Assembly: GCA_965222615.1 (NCBI GenBank)
Contig: CBDCUI010000002.1
Span: 1-14,596 of the forward strand
DNA from: Gammaproteobacteria bacterium
GTDB lineage: Bacteria > Pseudomonadota > Gammaproteobacteria > UBA4575
Reading direction: 5' to 3'
DNA length: 14,596 nt
The notes beneath the pieces are model-generated. The model did no database searches. It saw only the letters and a program-made list of their open reading frames with translations, and was not told the origin of the DNA. The first letter of the stretch is position 1. The number at the start of each line of letters is the position of its first letter. The translations under genes and the position numbers were made by a program. Shown here piece by piece: positions 7,894 to 14,596 of the stretch.

Positions 7894-9096
7894 TCATGGA
7901 CACTGTTGCAGAATCGCTGGACGATTCGCTCCAGTTAAAACGCTATATAGCATATCACCCATGATGGTAAAGCCAGCAGCATTTGGGTGTAACCCGTCTT
8001 CATACAAAGCCGCATTAGGTGTAGCTCCACCAAATGCCGTGTACATATCCACGTTGGCTTCATTATCACCATAGATAATCTGATCAGGTAGGCCTACAGG
8101 ATTATTCATCAATCTATCTGTAATACGTGCAATTACATTCGTGTTATAAGTATCTACTAGTGGCTCTACAGGCATTTTAGGAATAATTTGCATAACCACC
8201 AGGGACACCGGATTGCCATTTGCACTATCTTCCCAGCGTCCTATTTCATTCAGAATTGTCTCTAAGTCAGTAGGATCTGGATCTAGCACTTGGGGGTTGG
8301 TACCGATATGTAACAATACGATGTCGGCAGGATTTTGTTCTAGTTCATCATAGATACCAGTCAAATTTGGTGCTAAACCAAAACAATTATCTAAACCAGC
8401 AATGTCCTGATCTCGACACCCACCATAACCGGCATGCGATGTTTGACCTGCAGGTAATAAGTTTGCCCCGGAAGACTCCTCGCCCACATATTCAAACGAG
8501 TATGCACCACCAACTTGGCTTGCATCTGTCAATCGATTAAGTAACTGCAAACGATAGGCGACTTCCTCACCTGCCGGTGGTACACCAGTACCGCCCGTGC
8601 CGAAGGTAATGGAGTCCCCTAAAGGCATAATTTTAGGATTAACAATGACCATTTCAGTTGCAATACTAAATGAGGTTGGGTCATCTACACGGAATTGAAA
8701 TGAATCCCTTCCACGAGGACCAACACCTTGTGCTGGAGGCGTATAGGTAAACGCGCCTGTTGTAACATCGGTTAATTCAACCATTCCTCCATTTGCAGTA
8801 GCCACTGGCCCTGCTACCATAGGAGCATTCACGTCCAGACTAAAAGATATCGGATCAGCATCCGATGCAACCAACGTCCCCATCAGTAGATCTGACTGGT
8901 TTGTGCTTGAGCAACCCGCAGTGATTGATGGTGCGGTATTTCCACCCACTACACCGCCACCGCCGCCGCCGCCAGAGCAGCCAACGAGTGCAATGACTAG
9001 TGTCATGCATATAAAAGAACATTTTAATAACGTAGCTCCATTACGTGACTCTATCCAACTCCATATAGAATTCATTGCATCCCTCATCTTTTCCAA
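7894..9096 (-). CDS. Putative lipoprotein with Ig-like (Big_9/cadherin-like) and SGNH hydrolase (CE3-like) domains
   Basis: 400 aa. Lipobox LVGC followed by SGGGGGGG. Ig-like GAFTYTP...DSFQFRVDD. SGNH blocks IMPLGDSIT, HAGYGG, LLHIGTN and DGLHPNAAG. The true start may be a later Met. Confidence 0.85.
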   Translation of the reverse strand: MEKMRDAMNSIWSWIESRNGATLLKCSFICMTLVIALVGCSGGGGGGGVVGGNTAPSITAGCSSTNQSDLLMGTLVASDADPISFSLDVNAPMVAGPVATANGGMVELTDVTTGAFTYTPPAQGVGPRGRDSFQFRVDDPTSFSIATEMVIVNPKIMPLGDSITFGTGGTGVPPAGEEVAYRLQLLNRLTDASQVGGAYSFEYVGEESSGANLLPAGQTSHAGYGGCRDQDIAGLDNCFGLAPNLTGIYDELEQNPADIVLLHIGTNPQVLDPDPTDLETILNEIGRWEDSANGNPVSLVVMQIIPKMPVEPLVDTYNTNVIARITDRLMNNPVGLPDQIIYGDNEANVDMYTAFGGATPNAALYEDGLHPNAAGFTIMGDMLYSVLTGANRPAILQQCP

Positions 9097-9392
9097 TGGT
9101 TATTTAAAGTAGGGTATTTTAGTGTTTTCCATCAGCAAAAAATGCAAATTAGGTCACTTTTTTGAACTGGCGCACATTATTCTTTGATACCAATCACACA
9201 ATTACTGAATAAAGCTGCGCCATATTAATTTTAAATACAGTCATTTATGCAATTACTGGGTTTTTTGATTTTATGACTAGAATTGATCTAATAAAATTTT
9301 GATGCACGGTCCTCATTCATGGACTAAATAAATTGAATCCCCTATCAGCTATTTTGAATATTTAGTACATTGTGTTTATGTAATGTGAGCAA

Positions 9393-10373
9393 ATGTGCGC
9401 GATGATAATCAAAATCAAGAAAAAAATTAGATGGGCCATAAGGGTTTTAAATAAGCAAATTCATAAAAATTACCCATCATTTATTCATATATATAAGCAA
9501 AGAAAACATGTAGAGAACACACATCGGCCTTTAGAAAAATTAAACCTCCTGACAAAGAGTTTGTATGATGCATATATCAAACGTAAAACAATACTTTTTT
9601 ATCCCGACAACCCTGTTGAATTCCATGCGCTTTATAAAACATTGATGTACTTAGGATATCGTATTTCAACAAACCCAAAAAATCGTTTTAATATTGCAAT
9701 TAAATGGTGGCTAGCATTTGATGGCAATCCCTTTGCGCCAGAGGCTATACAAAATATCGAAAATATGGATATGGATAAATCTATCCAGAAAATAAATCAA
9801 AATTGTAGTGACATCAGTAAGGAAAACATTAATTCAATATTCGATAAAGTTTTTCCATATTCAATAACCATTGATCCATCTACATATAACGGTAAGTGTG
9901 TCATGAAATCAAATTGGAATGCACTTCATGAAGGACAAGTTATAAATTGCCCAGTAGAAAAAATTACTGAAAATGTCGTTTACCAAAAATTAATTAATAA
10001 TGAAACAGAAAATGGATATGTAGAAGACATGAGAGTACCTATCTTCAAAGATACGATACCATTTGTTTACTTAAAATATCGAAAAATTAAAGATCGTTTT
10101 GTAGATAGAGGCCATACAGGCGTAAAAGCTACCATTGTTGATTGCTTCGATGTATTAACCAAAGAAGAACTACAAATGATATTAAAATTTTGTAAAAAAC
10201 TTGGGCTTGATTATGGTGAGCTTGATGTACTTAGGGACAAATACGATGGTAGAATATATATTGTCGATGCCAATAACACACCTGCAGGACCTACTAGTGC
10301 AATTGGTATTCATGATGGCAGACGCGCTGTTTTAAAAATGGCTAATGCATTTAAACAAGCATTTGGAGTTTAA
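9393..10373 (+). CDS. ATP-grasp-fold (RimK-like) putative ligase
   Basis: 326 aa with ordered ATP-grasp elements CVMKS, VYQKLI, EDMRV, LGLDYGELDVL and IYIVDANNTP. The start could be Met1 or Met4. Confidence 0.68.
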   Translation: MCAMIIKIKKKIRWAIRVLNKQIHKNYPSFIHIYKQRKHVENTHRPLEKLNLLTKSLYDAYIKRKTILFYPDNPVEFHALYKTLMYLGYRISTNPKNRFNIAIKWWLAFDGNPFAPEAIQNIENMDMDKSIQKINQNCSDISKENINSIFDKVFPYSITIDPSTYNGKCVMKSNWNALHEGQVINCPVEKITENVVYQKLINNETENGYVEDMRVPIFKDTIPFVYLKYRKIKDRFVDRGHTGVKATIVDCFDVLTKEELQMILKFCKKLGLDYGELDVLRDKYDGRIYIVDANNTPAGPTSAIGIHDGRRAVLKMANAFKQAFGV

Positions 10374-10459
10374 AGTAACCTAATTACTTCTTTGGCCTAG
10401 ATGTATTTGTACTATTACTTAACTTAAGTAATAACGAAAAATTTTCACTCCTAGAAATA

Positions 10460-11669
10460 ATGAAAAAAACGATCATAACCCCTGCTCAAAGCAGTGAAGT
10501 CTATACCTATGTTCAAGCATTAAAATCCTGTTTTCGTAGCACTAAAAAAAAACTGAAAACTGAAAAACTTGATCGTGTTATAGTCAGACTTGAACCCGAA
10601 GAGGCAACGCGGGGGAAAGTTCTCTTTTCTTACATAATCAATGGGTTCCTTGCTCAGTCTGAAGATCAAATTGCCAACAACCATACTAATATTTGGCAAT
10701 CGGTAAACATGGCAGAGACTTTTGTCGAACTTGGTTACATTGTTGATGTGATCAGTTGGAGAAACGATAAATACATTCCTAAGGGAGAATATGCAGCATT
10801 TGTAGATGTACGCAGAAACATGGAGAGGCTTGCCCCATTACTTAATGACGACTGTGTAAAAATAGCTCATTTAGATACTTCGCATATACTCTTCCATAAT
10901 GCTGCAGAAGCAAGAAGATTATTAGAATTACAAATTAGACGCGGTGTAATTTTACAGCCCCGAAGATTTGAACCGCCTAATTTACTTATAGATTATGCAG
11001 ATTATGCCACTACTGTTGGCAACGATGCTTGCATCAATACATTCAGTTACGCAAATAAAAAAATATTTAAATTACCCACCCCATGTGCAACTACTTATGA
11101 CTGGATTGAGGATAAAAATTGGAATCATGTTAGAAACAATTTTCTTTGGTTCAGTAGTAGTGGCTTCGTACATAAAGGCTTAGATTTAGTATTAGATGCA
11201 TTTCGCGATTTACCTGATTGCCATTTAACCATTTGTGTAACACTAGAAAAAGACAAAGATTTTATTAATGCTTATCATAATGAATTATTTAATACACCTA
11301 ATATTGAAACAATTGGCCTGGGTTGACATTGAAGGCGATCAGTTTAAAAAAATAATTAAAAATTGTGTTGCCATGCTGCATACAAGTTGCTCTGAGGCCG
11401 GTACAGGTTCTGTAAAAATGGGTATGCACGCAGGATTAATCCCTATAATAAGCTATGAGACTGCATCAGATGTTGAAGATTTTGGCCTGATCCTTAATAA
11501 CAGTTCGGTCGATGAAATTAAGCATTCAGTGAGATACATCGCTAATTTATCCGCTGAAAAATTAGAAGCTAGATCACGCAAAGCTTGGGAATTTGCCAGG
11601 AAACATCACACAAGAGAAAACTATGCAATAAAATATAAAGAAGTTATTTCCGAAATTCTTCATTTATAA
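10460..11669 (+). pseudogene. GT4-like glycosyltransferase split by an apparent +1 insertion (ORFs 10460-11326 and 11268-11669). May be a sequencing error.
   Basis: The 5' ORF carries FLWFSSSGFVHKGLDLVLDAF and the 3' ORF carries LHTSCSEAG...MHAGLIPIIS. Removing one C at 11317-11318 joins them as ...NIETIGWVDIEG..., giving 402 aa. Confidence 0.85.
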
Positions 11670-11731
11670 TAATTACAACCATAATTTATAAATTCTTTCT
11701 TACTAAATATTGTAAATCTACTCTGCAGCGT

Positions 11732-13144
11732 GTGATTAATTATTTATTACATTATTTATTAATTAAATTGTTAAAAAAAATAATTCTAAAAATAAGCATA
11801 TTCCTAGTTTACATACTAGGTAGTACAACACTTAGCTCTAGTCCACTCACAGTCCATCCTGATAATCCACGCTATTTTGCAAATGCAAAAAATGAAATTG
11901 TTTATCTCACTGGTTCGCACACTTGGTCATTTATAAAACCAGGGTCTTTCAATGAATTTTCTAAAATGCTTGAAAGGCATGGCCATAATTTCATTAGATA
12001 TTGGATGAGCGAACACACTAAAGGAAATGCATATACTGAAGAAGGCGATACTGTCTCAATAATGCCTTGGCAAAGAACCGGCCCAGGGAATGCTAATGAC
12101 GGCTTATTGAAATTTGATTTAAATAAATTTAACCAACTCCATTTCGACATTTTAAGTTCCAGAGTAAAAATTGCTAAATATCGAAACCAATATATTAGCA
12201 TTATGCTGTTTCAAGGCTGGAGCATAGATACTAGCTTTGGCAATCACATTAATGTATTTAAGTACCATCCATTCAATAAATATAATAATATCAATGAGTT
12301 AAATGCAGATTATTTCAACCACAATGATGAGGGTGAAGAATTTCATTCTGTATTAGATAACACCATCCTTGAGTTTCAAAAGGCTTATATTCGAAAAATT
12401 GTCGATACCGTAAATGATTTCGATAATGTCTTATACGAAATTTGTAATGAAGATCCAGGCATGGACAAATTTTGGGCCGAAAAACATAAACAATGGCAAT
12501 ACGCACTTCTAGACTATCTCAATCAGTATCAAGCTACAAAAACCAAACAACATCCAGTTGGTTTAACAAGTCACAAATCGTTAGGAAACAAATTTGTCTT
12601 TGAAAGTAATGCAGATTGGGTTTCTCCCATCCAAAATAAAAATAATGGTGAAAATTATAAGAAAGATCCACCACTTGCTAGTGGCAAAAAAGTCATTGTT
12701 AGTGACACAGATCATTTATGGGGCATAGGAGGGGATAGAATTTGGATTTGGAAAAGTTTTCTAAGAGGTTTAAATCCCATTTATATGGATCCTTTAGGCG
12801 ACCAATGGAAGAAGTGGAACTTAATCGATGCCCGAAAGAATATGGGTTACACTTCAGAATATTCTAAAAAAATTGATTTAGTAAACATGGTGCCTTCGTC
12901 TAATTTAGAACACTGCTCTACAGGTTATTGTCTAAGGAATCCAGGCGTGGAATATCTCATATATCAACCCAACTCTGGTGCCTTTCATGCACAAATAGAT
13001 TCAGGTACTTATCAATATGAGTGGTTTAATCCGGCATCTGGAAAAGTAGTCGAAACCGGTATAGCCAATTTACAAGATAATATGCAATTTACTGCACCAT
13101 TTAATAGCGACGCAGTCCTATATTTACATATCAAAAAAAAATAA
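11732..13144 (+). CDS. Secreted putative glycoside hydrolase, DUF6298/DUF4038-like with a C-terminal PF12904-like beta domain
   Basis: 470 aa from a GTG start (start uncertain), with a hydrophobic N-terminus. Motifs LTVHPDNPRYF, YLTGSHTW, FDLNKFN, VLYEICNE (GH clan-A-like NE), DTDHLWG and YEWFNPASG. Confidence 0.7.
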   Translation: MINYLLHYLLIKLLKKIILKISIFLVYILGSTTLSSSPLTVHPDNPRYFANAKNEIVYLTGSHTWSFIKPGSFNEFSKMLERHGHNFIRYWMSEHTKGNAYTEEGDTVSIMPWQRTGPGNANDGLLKFDLNKFNQLHFDILSSRVKIAKYRNQYISIMLFQGWSIDTSFGNHINVFKYHPFNKYNNINELNADYFNHNDEGEEFHSVLDNTILEFQKAYIRKIVDTVNDFDNVLYEICNEDPGMDKFWAEKHKQWQYALLDYLNQYQATKTKQHPVGLTSHKSLGNKFVFESNADWVSPIQNKNNGENYKKDPPLASGKKVIVSDTDHLWGIGGDRIWIWKSFLRGLNPIYMDPLGDQWKKWNLIDARKNMGYTSEYSKKIDLVNMVPSSNLEHCSTGYCLRNPGVEYLIYQPNSGAFHAQIDSGTYQYEWFNPASGKVVETGIANLQDNMQFTAPFNSDAVLYLHIKKK

Positions 13145-13180
13145 CGGCGAATATTAAAATAATAGATATTTATTTTATTA

Positions 13181-14086
13181 CTAAAGTATAAATGGTTTAC
13201 ATGGATTCGATAATCGACCTTGAATTTCCCCAATCAGGAACCCGGTTTTTTGTGCAAATTTTGGAAACCACATCGACTTTTTTTCTTTATACTTAAAAAA
13301 GATGCGCAATCCATTTTTTAATAACAACAACCATTCAATAAACGTTTTTATTAATGGTTTGGGAGCCTGCATACCATATTCTTTATAGCGCTTATAAAGC
13401 CAATAATTTGATGCCGCTTTACCTTTCGCTTTACGAAACCGATAAGACAAAGAAGAGTTAGCTTGTGGTAAACGAATTTGAATAACGGCATCTTGCACAA
13501 CATGCAATTTGTAACCCCTTAATTGCAATCTCCAAAAATAATCTGCATCATAAACATTTTTAAAACATGTGTCAAAACCACCAACGCTTTCATGAACAGA
13601 TTTCCTAATTCCATAATTACCACTTCCTCCTCCAGGCAAAAATCTTCCTATATAAAGCCCTGTCTCCCAACCTTGTAGAGCTCGTTCCGCATCTTCAGGT
13701 GCATTAAACTTATCAAACCTGAATTTACCACATACAATTTCATGCTTACTCAAAGCATCTCCCATTGCCGCTACCCAACCCGGCGTTACTTCATCATCAG
13801 CATCACAAACAGCAATATTATTAGCACTGGCTTCAATCACTCCTTTATTGACAGCGTTTGCACCACCTCTTTTTTCAGATGAATCTACAATTTTAAAGGC
13901 ATGAAACTTGTCTTTGTATTGTTGTGCGACCTCATTTGAATTATCAGTTGAACCGTTGTCGGAAATGATTAATTCCCATGGCTTAGGCCATTTTTGAGCA
14001 CTAAGCGCATCAAGTTGCTCAGCTAATGTAGCACCGGCATTGAAGCAGGGTATTATTACACTGAGTTGTATTGTAGATTCTGTCAA
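13181..14086 (-). CDS. Glycosyltransferase family 2
   Basis: 301 aa with a TTG start. Motifs LSVIIPCFNA, DNGSTD, CDADD, VGGFD and DADYFWRLQLRG. Confidence 0.92.
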   Translation of the reverse strand: MTESTIQLSVIIPCFNAGATLAEQLDALSAQKWPKPWELIISDNGSTDNSNEVAQQYKDKFHAFKIVDSSEKRGGANAVNKGVIEASANNIAVCDADDEVTPGWVAAMGDALSKHEIVCGKFRFDKFNAPEDAERALQGWETGLYIGRFLPGGGSGNYGIRKSVHESVGGFDTCFKNVYDADYFWRLQLRGYKLHVVQDAVIQIRLPQANSSLSYRFRKAKGKAASNYWLYKRYKEYGMQAPKPLIKTFIEWLLLLKNGLRIFFKYKEKKSMWFPKFAQKTGFLIGEIQGRLSNPCKPFIL

Positions 14087-14167
14087 TTCGTTAGTCTTAA
14101 GCTAGAAAAAGCAGTTAAACTTGATGTATGAAACCGAACTCACACTTAGTTCTATACGGAATAAAAC

Positions 14168-14596
14168 CTAGGCCATACTTTTAATTGGCCAATTGCATAC
14201 GGGTTTCCCACATTTGATAATCTCACTTACAGTAATAAATCGAAATTTGTTTTTAAGTTCAGTAAGTGCATTGTCAAGACCAATTAACATAGGTTCACGA
14301 TCATACATTTTAGCTGTACCCTGCTTCTTACTATCATATATGGCATCATGTAAAAGAAATATATTTCCTGGCGCAACACGATTTACAATTTTTTCCGTTA
14401 TTTCTTCTGCTTGCTGCGGTATCCAATCCTGTGCAGAGACATTCCAAAGTATAAGTTTATACCTCAAAATTGATGCATCAATCTGAATGCGTATATCTTG
14501 TGCTCCATATGGAGGCCTAAATAAACGCGTGAAGTAGGGTGCAATCGCTTTCGAACCTTTCCACATTAACTTCATTCGATGACGTCGTGATTTAAT
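14168..14596 (-). CDS. Polysaccharide deacetylase (CE4/NodB-like), 5'-truncated by the window edge
   Basis: NodB motifs LFRPPYG, WNVSAQDW and GNIFLLHD. The frame stays open upstream of the ATG at 14575 (IKSRRHR) to the end of the window. The N-terminal TFDD and HxxxH motifs are not in view. Confidence 0.9.
   Translation of the reverse strand: MKSRRHRMKLMWKGSKAIAPYFTRLFRPPYGAQDIRIQIDASILRYKLILWNVSAQDWIPQQAEEITEKIVNRVAPGNIFLLHDAIYDSKKQGTAKMYDREPMLIGLDNALTELKNKFRFITVSEIIKCGKPVCNWPIKSMA

Noticed and set aside
8953-8973. GCC-type trinucleotide run as a contingency locus
   Set aside because: It is short and interrupted, and encodes the usual poly-Gly tether after a lipoprotein Cys. Length changes would stay in frame.
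5339-9112. Pro-rich plus-strand ORFs 5339-5563 and 8903-9112
   Set aside because: The poly-Pro runs are the reverse complement of Gly-linker codons in the real genes.
9168-9222. Sigma-54 promoters at the TGGCGC motifs
   Set aside because: The invariant -12 GC, ten bases after the GG, is missing on both strands (TC and TT instead).
378-10552. Homopolymers T9 (378-386), C7 (1602-1608) and A9 (10544-10552) as phase-variation tracts
   Set aside because: They are short, the frames are intact through them, and A/T runs are expected at this composition. Read-level length variation would be needed to support the idea.
11268-11669. 133-aa ORF as an independent gene or programmed frameshift product
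   Set aside because: It is only the C-terminal part of a GT-B domain, and no slippery heptamer is visible at the junction.
10995-14486. Short ORFs 10995-11183, 11902-12201, 12315-12506, 13012-13233 and 14193-14486
   Set aside because: They are nested in or antisense to well-supported genes.
1-14596. CRISPR arrays, tRNA/rRNA, IS elements and an ops/JUMPStart element
   Set aside because: I saw no regularly spaced repeats, RNA gene signatures, transposase or integrase ORFs, or intergenic GGCGGTAG by eye.

Overview
This is an AT-rich bacterial surface-polysaccharide (EPS/capsule/O-antigen-like) biosynthesis and decoration locus with frequent strand switches. It encodes a PAPS-dependent sulfotransferase, two GT4 glycosyltransferases (one split by a single extra base), two GT2 glycosyltransferases, a hexapeptide acyltransferase, an ATP-grasp-like protein, a secreted DUF6298/DUF4038-like putative glycoside hydrolase and the 3' part of a CE4 deacetylase. 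In the middle is a three-gene minus-strand cassette of exported proteins (4577-9096): an Ig-SGNH lipoprotein, an 836-aa CBM32-PKD-Ig-SGNH-PKD-CBM32 protein and a small secreted protein. The strongest sequence-level signal is in the 836-aa gene. Its two CBM32 domains are a 414-bp direct repeat with one mismatch, 1971 bp apart and in frame, while its two PKD domains are only about 78% identical in protein. I saw no RNA genes, CRISPR arrays, transposases, reverse transcriptase or export genes. All family calls come from motifs recognised by eye, not from database searches.
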